A stretch of DNA of 64,000 bases from Burkholderiales bacterium (GTDB lineage Bacteria; Pseudomonadota; Gammaproteobacteria; Burkholderiales; SG8-39): positions 4,115-68,114 of the forward strand of contig DASXKY010000058.1 of NCBI GenBank assembly GCA_036496555.1. The letters are read 5' to 3'. Both the position numbers and the translations under genes were made by a program. Positions within the stretch are counted from its first letter, which is position 1; each line of letters starts with the position of its first letter. Below the pieces are notes generated by a model that did not search any database, had not been told where the DNA came from, and saw only the letters and a list, made by a program, of their open reading frames with translations. Positions 49,870 to 57,508 of this stretch are shown here, in pieces.

Positions 49870-50555
49870 CAGGGCAGCCGCCTGAAGAGCGCGACATAGA
49901 CGCAGGCGTTGTCGTTCACCACTGCGCGCGGCGTGAGGCGATCCTCGAGCCAGGCCTTGAAGCTGAAGAGGCAGGCGGCCGTCGCCGCGAGCAGGCCGCC
50001 CGCCACCGGCAGGCGCCGCAGGAAGTGGCACAGGCCGACCGACCGCAGCACGGTGGTCCAGGCGAGCGGGCCGGCGACCGCCTGCATCGCCTGCAGCGCG
50101 AAGCCGCCCGCCTCCACCTCGCGCTTCAGGCCCTCGCCGGTCCAGCGGCGGTAGTCGCCTGGATGCGGGTGGTAGAGCCAGGCGCCGTGGGTCGAGAGCA
50201 GCAGCCAGCCTCCCGGTGCGAGCACACGATGCGCCTCGCCGAGGTAGCGCGGCACGTCCCACACGTGCTCGAGCACCTGGAACGAGGCGACGAGGTCGGC
50301 GCTCGCGTCGCCCGCGCCGAGGCGGCCGTCCGCGGCGATCGCCACCTCATGGCCGCCGTCCAGGTCGGCGCCGCTGTAGTGCGCCCCGGCGGCTGCGAAC
50401 CAGCGCTCGTAGGGACGCTCGCCGCAGCCGAAATCGAGCACGCGTCGGCCCTTCAGCTCGAGCGGCGCGAGCGCCGCCCGGATCGCGTGCGCGAGCCCGC
50501 TCAGCACGTACCACTCGGGCTGCCAGGGACGCGGCGCGCTGCGGCTCGCATTCAC
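49869..50555 (-). CDS. Class I SAM-dependent methyltransferase (second copy, different sequence)
   Basis: RVLDFGCGERPY (motif I), ADLVASFQVLEHV and LAPGGWLLLST. GTG at 50555 overlaps the upstream stop (GTGA). Confidence 0.8.
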   Translation of the reverse strand: MNASRSAPRPWQPEWYVLSGLAHAIRAALAPLELKGRRVLDFGCGERPYERWFAAAGAHYSGADLDGGHEVAIAADGRLGAGDASADLVASFQVLEHVWDVPRYLGEAHRVLAPGGWLLLSTHGAWLYHPHPGDYRRWTGEGLKREVEAGGFALQAMQAVAGPLAWTTVLRSVGLCHFLRRLPVAGGLLAATAACLFSFKAWLEDRLTPRAVVNDNACVYVALFRRLP

Positions 50556-52513
50556 CGGCGCAGGCCCTCGCGGCAGGCTTCGGCGAGCGGCGCCGGCACG
50601 CCGCTCTCCCAATCCTCGACGCGCCCGAGCGGGAAATGGCGCAGCTCGAAGAACGGCGCCAGCGCGAGCGCGCCGCCGCGCGTTTCGAGGCGCGCCTCCA
50701 GGCCGGCATAGTTGCGCGACCACTCGCTGCCCATGCGCTCGGTGACCGCGGTCTGTCCGCGGAACACGCCGGGGCAGCTCCTCTCCATGCGATCGAACAG
50801 CGTGGACATGCGTCGCTCCTCAGCCTGCTCCTCGGCGCTCCACGCGCCGGGACGCAGGCCGCACGATACCAGCGCCAGCGGCGGCGGCCGCAGGGAACTG
50901 TCCTCGGTGACCAGCAGGTTGGCAAAACCCGATAAGGCATCGTCGCGGCGCGGCCGCCAGGGGATGGCGAAGCAGTCATCCGGGTCGACGCGAAAGCCGT
51001 AGCGCAACAGCGTCGCGTCGTAGTTCTCGACCGTCTCCGCGCGCGGCCGGCCGTCGCGCTGCAGGCGCAGTGCGCGCCCGAGCGTGCGCACGCGGCCCGC
51101 GTGCCGCGCCTCGAGTGCCCGCAGGCGCTTGGCGCCCTGCTCGAGGCTGTGCTGGCCGCGCAGGTTGACGAAGGAGGAGTCCGGATGCAGGAACGGCGCG
51201 ACCGCGGCCATCGACTGCGTCTCGATGGTGAGGTAGAGAGCCGCTTCGCGGCGTGCGCGCTCCGGCACCTGCCAGCCGAACCAGCGCTCCGACCAGCGGT
51301 CGACCATGAAGTAGCGTGTGGGCGAGATGAGCGCGCAGGCGGTCACCTGCGCGACGAGCAGCACGAGGAGCGCGCCGCGCGCGTAGCGGCCGAGCAGGCG
51401 CGCGGCGAGCAGCGCGGCGAGCGGTCCGGCGAGCAGCAGGAGGAGCAGGCCGTAGCGCGCGTTGCCCGAGGTCGCGAGCCAGAGCGCATAGGCGGCGGCG
51501 AAAAACCCAGCGAGCCGCAAGTCGAGCGGCGCCAGGGCGCGGCCGGGCGCGCCGGCGGGCCGCACGCGCCGTGCGATGGCGAGCGCAAGCAAGCCGAGGG
51601 CAAGGAGCACGAGCGCCGCGAAGCGCAGATCCGGTGCGCTGATCTCGGCGTAGGTCATGCTGTCGGGCGAAAGGATGCGCAGCGGGAACAGCAACGCGTC
51701 GCCGAGGCCGCGCGGCGCGAAGCGCTCGGCGCCGATGTTGATCGGCGGGAAATCGGGCGAGCGGAACCAGCCGTTGAAGAGCGGGAAGAACGGGTTGCCG
51801 AACGCGCGCCACAACGCGACGACGGTCGGTCCGGCCAGGGCCGCGACGGCGATCGTGCCGCCGGCGGCGTAGGCGGCGAGCGCGCGCCAGCGCAAGCCGA
51901 GAAGCGGCAGCGCCGCCAGCGCGAAGAGCGCGTTCGAGTACTTCAGCGCCGCGGCGGCGCCGAAGAGGAGGCCCGCAAGCGCGGCGCGGCGCGGCGCCGG
52001 CATCCCGCCTTCCCCGGCGAGCAGCAGCACGGCGCCCAGCATCGGCACGGTGAGCAGCGGGTCGAGGAAGGAGGTGCCGACGGTCGCGGCAAAGACCGCG
52101 CCGGCGGCGCCGAGGGCGGCGCCGAGCGCCGAAAGGAGCGCGCGCTCGCGCGGCGGCTGATCGGCAAAGAGGCGGCTCGCGAGCAGGTAGAGCAGCACGA
52201 TATTGGCGGCGTGGACGAGCGCGAGCACGGCCGACACCACGGCGCTGTGCCAGCCGGCCGAGACCATCCAGTAGAACGGCAGGTACCCCAGCGGATTGAG
52301 ATAGCTTTGCGCGCTGGCGGCGAAGTAGTCGCGCTCGAGGCCGCCGTTCAGGAATGCGTAGGCGACGTAGTAGTGATAGTGCAGCAGGTCCCAGTTGAGG
52401 TCCTTGCCGGCGTACAGCGTCCACACCACGGCGAGCAACGCCGCCGCGAGCGAGAAGCCGCGCGCGCCAAGCAGCGAGACCACCTTGAATCCGTCAAACC
52501 ACCCCTTGAACAA
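50552..52513 (-). CDS. Polytopic membrane protein, GT-C-like candidate (653 aa); paralogue of 57509..59440
   Basis: TTG start preceded by AAGGGGGG. N-terminal KDLNWDLLHYHYYVAYAFLNGGLERDYFAASAQSYLNPLGYLPFYW, then about 10 or more TM segments, and a roughly 200-aa Cys-containing C-terminal domain. Confidence 0.65.
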   Translation of the reverse strand: MFKGWFDGFKVVSLLGARGFSLAAALLAVVWTLYAGKDLNWDLLHYHYYVAYAFLNGGLERDYFAASAQSYLNPLGYLPFYWMVSAGWHSAVVSAVLALVHAANIVLLYLLASRLFADQPPRERALLSALGAALGAAGAVFAATVGTSFLDPLLTVPMLGAVLLLAGEGGMPAPRRAALAGLLFGAAAALKYSNALFALAALPLLGLRWRALAAYAAGGTIAVAALAGPTVVALWRAFGNPFFPLFNGWFRSPDFPPINIGAERFAPRGLGDALLFPLRILSPDSMTYAEISAPDLRFAALVLLALGLLALAIARRVRPAGAPGRALAPLDLRLAGFFAAAYALWLATSGNARYGLLLLLLAGPLAALLAARLLGRYARGALLVLLVAQVTACALISPTRYFMVDRWSERWFGWQVPERARREAALYLTIETQSMAAVAPFLHPDSSFVNLRGQHSLEQGAKRLRALEARHAGRVRTLGRALRLQRDGRPRAETVENYDATLLRYGFRVDPDDCFAIPWRPRRDDALSGFANLLVTEDSSLRPPPLALVSCGLRPGAWSAEEQAEERRMSTLFDRMERSCPGVFRGQTAVTERMGSEWSRNYAGLEARLETRGGALALAPFFELRHFPLGRVEDWESGVPAPLAEACREGLRR

Positions 52514-52531
52514 CCGCCCCCCTTGCCTGCG

Positions 52532-54571
52532 CTAGTTCTTCAGACGCGCCTCCAGCGCCTGCAGCGCCGCCGCGTCGCCTTTGTTGCGCAGCAGGTCCGT
52601 CAGCACGATGAGCGCGGTGTTTTCCCGCACCGGCCACAGCGAAATGGCGGTCTGCAGGTCGTCGATCGCGCCGGCCTCATCGCCGGCGCGCAACCGCATG
52701 TGCCCGCGCAGCTCGAAATAACGCGCCTGGTAATTCTTCGGCGGGTCGCTCGGCATGCCGAGGCGCACGCGCTCGAGCAGCCGCGCCGCGTCCGCGGCCG
52801 AGTAGCCCTTCTCTTCGCCGAGCATGCCCTCCAGGAGCCCGAGCGCGCCGTAATAGTCCTCGGCGAGCGCCGCGGCATGGCGCGCCGCGCGCGCATCGAG
52901 CGCCTGCCCGCGGCCCTTGCGCAAGGCGAGCAGCCGGGCGTACTTGCGCCGCAGCTCGCCCTGCAGCGCCTCGTCCCATGCGCTGTCGCCGCGGACATTG
53001 AGGAGGTCATCCTCGAGGAAGCGCAGGAAGCTCTCCGGCAGCTCGCCCGGCGTGACGGCCGTGCCGGGCTTGCGATCGAGCACCAGGTACAGCCAGTAGT
53101 TGGTGCGCGACCAATCGGTGAAATAGGACTCGCTGAAGGTCGCGACGGCGATGACGCCGCGCTCGGCCTCGACGTTGCGTCGCAGCTGGTCCTTCATGCC
53201 CTGCGCCGTGATGCGCAGCGGATGGAACATGCGGTTGCCTAGCGTGAGCCCGGCGGGCTGCACCAGCGTCAGGTCGGGCCGCCGCCCCTCGATCAGGTGG
53301 AAGTACGCCATCGGGATGAGGTCCCATTCGCCGCGCGCCGCGACGATGGCGTCCTTCGGCAGCGCATCCATCAGCGTCTTCACGTAGCGCCCGGACCATT
53401 GCGAGCCGTCGCGCAGGTTGCGCTCGAGGCCGAGGCCGAGGATCGCCGCGAGCAGCACGGCGCAGGCCGCGGCGGTGGGCGCAGGCCGCAGCTTCTCGCG
53501 CAGCCGCGCGAAGCCGAGCGCCATCCAGATCGCGCCGATGCCGTACGCCGGCAGCGGATAGACGTGGAACATGTGCTTGTGCAGCCCGTCGTAGTCGAAG
53601 GCGAGCACGAGCAGCAGCACCACCGACGGGCCGAGAAAAGCGAGCGTCAGGCCGAGCGCGACGCGCGTCCCCCAGGCGCGCCACTGCAGCGCGAAGCCGG
53701 CGGCGGCGAGCAGGCCGCCCGCGAGCGCGAACTGGTAGAAGAACTCGCGCCAGAAGAAGACCAGGAAATTGAGGTGATCGAGCCAGGTCGACGTGTAGGA
53801 GAAGTCCACCTCGCCGTAACCCCTGCGACCGAGGAAGAACCAGATCTCGCGCCACGATTCGAGCGGGCCGTAGAAGCTGACCGGCAGCGGCGCCCATGAG
53901 CGCACCACCAGCCAGACGTAGGGCAGCACGCCGAGCAGGAACAGGGCCGCGAGGAGGAAGAATCGGCGGCGGATCTCCTGCGCGCGCGGCCACAGCAGCA
54001 CCGCGATGCCCGGCGCGGCGAGGAGCATCAGCGGGTAGTGGTTGGCGAGGCTCATGCCGGCCACCGCCGCGAGCAGCGGCAGCACGCGGCCGTTCGCCGG
54101 CGGGCCTTCGGCGGGCGCAGCGCGTAGCGCGAGGTACAGCACCGAGAACAAGAACAGCGTGTTGAGCGTGTAGACCTCGGCGATGATGGCCTGCGACCAG
54201 TAGACCGGCGAGAGGCCGAGGCCGAGCGCGGCAAGCCAGGCAGGCAGGCGTCCGTCGACCAGCTGCCGCACGCACAGCCACAGCACGCCGCAGCTCAGGC
54301 CTCCGAACAGCGCGCTCAGGAGGTGCACGCGGTAGGCGACCGAGCCGAAGGGCAGCATCGAGAAGAGATGGCCGGCGAGGGTGAACAGCGGATAGCCCGG
54401 CGGATGCTCGATGCCGAGGAAATAGCTCGACATCACGAACAGGCCGTCGTCTTCCAGCGCGACCGAGCGCGGCGCAGTCGCCGCGTAGAGCGCGAACAGC
54501 GCCACGGCGATCGCCGCCGCCTGCAGCCAGTCGGCCCTGTCCGGCTGCCGCGGCGTCGCGCGCAGCGTCAT
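52532..54571 (-). CDS. DUF2723/TMEM260-type GT-C membrane protein with C-terminal TPR domain
   Basis: SVALEDDGLFVMSSYFLGIEHPPGYPLFTLAGHLF is the DUF2723 signature as I recall it. Multi-TM, with a TPR-like C-terminus. ATG at 54571 (codon 42 of the track ORF) overlaps the upstream stop (ATGA). Confidence 0.78.
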   Translation of the reverse strand: MTLRATPRQPDRADWLQAAAIAVALFALYAATAPRSVALEDDGLFVMSSYFLGIEHPPGYPLFTLAGHLFSMLPFGSVAYRVHLLSALFGGLSCGVLWLCVRQLVDGRLPAWLAALGLGLSPVYWSQAIIAEVYTLNTLFLFSVLYLALRAAPAEGPPANGRVLPLLAAVAGMSLANHYPLMLLAAPGIAVLLWPRAQEIRRRFFLLAALFLLGVLPYVWLVVRSWAPLPVSFYGPLESWREIWFFLGRRGYGEVDFSYTSTWLDHLNFLVFFWREFFYQFALAGGLLAAAGFALQWRAWGTRVALGLTLAFLGPSVVLLLVLAFDYDGLHKHMFHVYPLPAYGIGAIWMALGFARLREKLRPAPTAAACAVLLAAILGLGLERNLRDGSQWSGRYVKTLMDALPKDAIVAARGEWDLIPMAYFHLIEGRRPDLTLVQPAGLTLGNRMFHPLRITAQGMKDQLRRNVEAERGVIAVATFSESYFTDWSRTNYWLYLVLDRKPGTAVTPGELPESFLRFLEDDLLNVRGDSAWDEALQGELRRKYARLLALRKGRGQALDARAARHAAALAEDYYGALGLLEGMLGEEKGYSAADAARLLERVRLGMPSDPPKNYQARYFELRGHMRLRAGDEAGAIDDLQTAISLWPVRENTALIVLTDLLRNKGDAAALQALEARLKN

Positions 54572-55662
54572 TCGCGCGAGCGCGCCGCCGCGCCCCAGGT
54601 GAACGAAGCCGTGGTGAAGAAGTTCCAAAACGCGGCGGTGAGCGCGCCGACGATCCCCGCCAGCCAGTACGTCCCCGAATGCAGGTACAGCCACTCGGCG
54701 ACGGCGAGGTTGACGATCGAGCCGATGCCGCAGGCGAGATAGAAGCTGACGAGCGCGCGCCAGACCTGCCGGCCGCGCACGCGCTGGTCGGCGTAGGTGA
54801 AGGCATTGTTGAGGAAGAAGTTGCTGGTCATCGCGGCCAGCGTGGCGAGCGCCTGGCTGGCGAGGAACTGGCCGCCGCTCGCCTGGAACACCGCGGTCAG
54901 CACCGCGAGGTGCACCCCGACGCCGGTGACGCCGACTGCGCAGAACAGGAAGAAGCGCGCCGGCAGCAGCCGGCCGAAGAGATGGTAGAGGAGCAGCACG
55001 AAGAACTCGGCCATCACGCGCAGGCCGAGCTTGCTCTCGCCGCGCTGGCGGCTGCGCATGCGGTACGGCACCTCCGAGATGCGCACCTCGCTTCGCGCCG
55101 CGGCAATCAGGTCGAGCAGGATCTTGAAGCCGCGGCCGTACAGGCGCCGCACCACGCGCTCGAGGAAGCGGCGGCGCACCATGAAGAAGCCGCTCATCGG
55201 ATCGGTGATGCCGCCGGCGAGCGAGCGGCCGAAGAAGGTGGCGAGACGGCTCGCGCCGACGCGATGCGCCGAGAGCTCGCCGGTGCTGCCGCCCTCGAGG
55301 TAGCGGCTCGCGTTGACGATATCGTCGTCGCCGGACTTGAGGCGCTCGAGCATCTGCGGCAGGAGGCGCTCGTCGTGCTGCATGTCGGCGTCGATCACGG
55401 CGATGTACGGCGCCGAGCTCGCCAGCATGCCCTCGACGCAGGCGGAGGCGAGGCCACGGCGCCCGATGCGCTGCAGGCAGCGCACGCGCGCGTCGCGCTG
55501 CGCGCGCTCGCGCACCAGCTGCTCGCTGCCGTCGTCGGCGTCGTCGACGACGACGATGGTTTCCCAGTCGCGGCCTTCAAGCGCGCGCTCGAGCGCCTCG
55601 AGGAGCGTGGGAATGTTCTCGCGCTCGCGGTAGGCGGGCACTACCACCGTAAGCTCCGGCAT
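54568..55662 (-). CDS. GT2 polyprenyl-phosphate mannose/hexose synthase (Dpm1-like) fused to a GtrA-like domain
   Basis: N-terminal part: LTVVVPAYRERENIPTLLEAL...VVDDADDGSEQL...IAVIDADMQHD. C-terminal four-TM part: FFLFCAVGVTGVGVHLAVL...MTSNFFLNNAFTY (GtrA pattern). Confidence 0.88.
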   Translation of the reverse strand: MPELTVVVPAYRERENIPTLLEALERALEGRDWETIVVVDDADDGSEQLVRERAQRDARVRCLQRIGRRGLASACVEGMLASSAPYIAVIDADMQHDERLLPQMLERLKSGDDDIVNASRYLEGGSTGELSAHRVGASRLATFFGRSLAGGITDPMSGFFMVRRRFLERVVRRLYGRGFKILLDLIAAARSEVRISEVPYRMRSRQRGESKLGLRVMAEFFVLLLYHLFGRLLPARFFLFCAVGVTGVGVHLAVLTAVFQASGGQFLASQALATLAAMTSNFFLNNAFTYADQRVRGRQVWRALVSFYLACGIGSIVNLAVAEWLYLHSGTYWLAGIVGALTAAFWNFFTTASFTWGAAARSRE

Positions 55663-55667
55663 GCGCG

Positions 55668-56813
55668 CTAGGTCTCGTTCATGCGCAGCAGGCTAAGAAG
55701 AAACGAGGCAAGCGAGACTTCCATCCCGCCGATCATCATGGTGGCGGCGGGGATGGTGTCGCGCATCACTACTCGCGGGTCGAGCGGCCCGAAGCCGCCT
55801 TCGCGCCATACCCAGAAAGCGCCAGCGCTCCACGCGAACCCCGTAACGGCCAGCGCCACGCCGGCGAGCAGCCCTCGTTCGAGCGTGAACAGGCCGAGCA
55901 ACCGCTCCAGGCCGGCCCGGCGCGGCAGCAGCCCCGCGTTCTGCGCCGCGACGCGCGCGAACAGGGCAAACAGACAGAGCTGCAGGCCAAGCAGGGTAGC
56001 GGAGGACGAATACAGCATGGTGTGGATGTCGAGGCCGGCGCCGCCGATGCGAAGCGGCGCGAAGTAAAGCGCGAACGTGAGTAGCGAGCCGAGCGTCAGC
56101 AACGCAATCCCGGGATACAGGAACAGCCAGCGCGGGCTGAAGAGCAGCAGGAAACGCAGGTGACGCCAGCCGTCGCGCCAGCTGCGCAGGTGCGGCGGCC
56201 GGCCGCGGCCGTCCGGCCGCAGCGTGGTGGGGACTTCGACGATGCGCCAGCCCGCCAGCGCCGCCTTTACCACCACCTCGCTCGCGAACTCCATCCCCGG
56301 GCTCTTCAGCCCGAGCGAAAGGATGCGGTCGCGGTCGAAGCCGCGCAGGCCGCAATGGAAGTCGCGCGCGACGCCGATGCGGAAGAACACCCGCCCGATG
56401 AGGGAGAGCACGGGATTGCCGAGATAGCGGTGCAACGGCGGCATCGCGCCGGGCTCGATGCCGCCCGTGAAGCGGTTGCCCATCACCAGCGGGTAGCCCT
56501 CGCGCAGCTTCTCGACGAAAGGCTCGAGACGGCTGAAGTCGTAGCTCTCGTCGGCGTCGCCCATGATGACGTACCTGCCCTGCGCCGCCTCGATCCCGGC
56601 GCGCAGGGCCGCGCCGTACCCGCGCTGCCTCACGCCCACCACGCGCGCCCCGGCGCGCTCGGCGAGGCTCTGCGAGCCGTCCTTCGAGCCGTTGTCGGCG
56701 ACGAGCACCTCGCCGTCGATGCCGGCGCGCTCGAGGAAGGCCCGCGCGGTGGCCACGCAGCGCGCGACCGTGGCCGCTTCGTCCAGGCAGGGCATCAGAA
56801 TCGTGAGTTCCAT
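55668..56813 (-). CDS. GT2 glycosyltransferase with C-terminal multi-TM region
   Basis: LTILMPCLDEAATV...VLVADNGSKDGS...VIMGDADESYD (DxD motif), followed by at least four TM helices. Confidence 0.86.
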   Translation of the reverse strand: MELTILMPCLDEAATVARCVATARAFLERAGIDGEVLVADNGSKDGSQSLAERAGARVVGVRQRGYGAALRAGIEAAQGRYVIMGDADESYDFSRLEPFVEKLREGYPLVMGNRFTGGIEPGAMPPLHRYLGNPVLSLIGRVFFRIGVARDFHCGLRGFDRDRILSLGLKSPGMEFASEVVVKAALAGWRIVEVPTTLRPDGRGRPPHLRSWRDGWRHLRFLLLFSPRWLFLYPGIALLTLGSLLTFALYFAPLRIGGAGLDIHTMLYSSSATLLGLQLCLFALFARVAAQNAGLLPRRAGLERLLGLFTLERGLLAGVALAVTGFAWSAGAFWVWREGGFGPLDPRVVMRDTIPAATMMIGGMEVSLASFLLSLLRMNET

Positions 56814-56836
56814 CCGGTCGCGCGGTCAGTGAAGGC

Positions 56837-56869
56837 AAAAAAAAAGGTACCCCACAGGGTACCTTTTTT
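56837..56869 (-). terminator. Strong rho-independent terminator downstream of pilA (bidirectional geometry)
   Basis: GGTACCC (56846..56852) / GGGTACC (56857..56863) stem with a 4-nt loop. It is flanked by a 9-A run on the plus strand, which reads as 9 U after the stem on the minus strand, and by 6 T on the other side. Confidence 0.8.
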
Positions 56870-56884
56870 CCGGTCTTGAGCCGG

Positions 56885-57352
56885 TTAGCCGCGGCAGGAG
56901 CCGGGCAGGTATTTCGTGTTGACGGTGGTGCCGTCGGTCGTGCTGCCGCAGCGCCAGCCGAACAGGCCCGAACCGGAGTTCGTGGTCCACACGGCAGCGG
57001 TCGACCCGTTCGACAGCGGGATCAGCGTCACCAGCGAGGCGTTCACCGCCTGCGAGATGTTCTGGATCGTCGCCGTCACGGCGCCGTCCTGCGAGGTCGA
57101 AAGGCCGGCCACGTATTTCGACGCAACGCCGCCTTCGCAACCCCAGCTGTTGGCGGCCGGCTGGCTGCCACCCGACTGGTACACCTCGGTGATCGACGTA
57201 CGGCACGCACTCATGGCGAGAATAACTTCCGACATCTTCGCCCGCACCGTGTAGTCCTGATACGCCGGCAGCGCGACGGCCGCCAGAATGCCGATAATCG
57301 CGACCACGATCATCAGTTCGATCAGCGTAAAGCCCTTCTGCAGTTGTTTCAT
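56885..57352 (-). CDS. pilA: Type IVa major pilin
   Basis: [34 protein letters not shown] class III signal with a conserved Glu5. C-terminal disulfide loop [22 protein letters not shown] at 57352 (codon 51 of the track ORF) follows AAGGAG. Confidence 0.93.
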   Translation of the reverse strand: MKQLQKGFTLIELMIVVAIIGILAAVALPAYQDYTVRAKMSEVILAMSACRTSITEVYQSGGSQPAANSWGCEGGVASKYVAGLSTSQDGAVTATIQNISQAVNASLVTLIPLSNGSTAAVWTTNSGSGLFGWRCGSTTDGTTVNTKYLPGSCRG

Positions 57353-57406
57353 TTGCTTCTCCTTCTCCCGTTGTTGTTTAGAGGCATGAATGCCCGAGAC
57401 AGATAC

Positions 57407-57422
57407 TGCACAAGCTATGCCA
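57407..57422 (-). promoter_or_regulatory. Candidate sigma-54 (-24/-12) promoter of pilA
   Basis: The minus strand reads TGGCATAGCTTGTGCA. The GG and GC doublets are spaced exactly as in the consensus TGGCACG-N4-TTGCW. It lies about 55 nt upstream of the pilA ATG. Confidence 0.6.
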
Positions 57423-57508
57423 AGGCTTGAATCTCGCAATTTCGTTAGGAAAGTCGCGGTTTTGGCGAGGTCTGGGCGACCAAATTCGGCCCGGGGTGAC
57501 AACTTTCG

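Noticed and set aside
50976-54806. ORFs 50976..52424(-), 51101..53242(+) of 713 aa and 53007..54806(-) of 599 aa inside the glycosylation island.
   Set aside because: They are alternative frames of the GT-C-like and DUF2723 genes. They translate to Arg/Ala/Pro/Gly strings with no TM pattern, whereas the chosen frames give regular TM helices and recognisable motifs.
42556-56813. Interpretation of the island as a standard Wzx/Wzy O-antigen or capsule cluster.
   Set aside because: I recognised no initiating phosphoglycosyltransferase (WbaP/WecA type), Wzx flippase, Wzy polymerase, Wzz, WaaL ligase or ABC-type (Wzm/Wzt) exporter. The content (GT2 lipid-P-sugar synthases, GtrA, GT-C-like proteins) fits periplasmic single-sugar transfer systems better. 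LPS or lipid A remains a possible target alongside the pilin.
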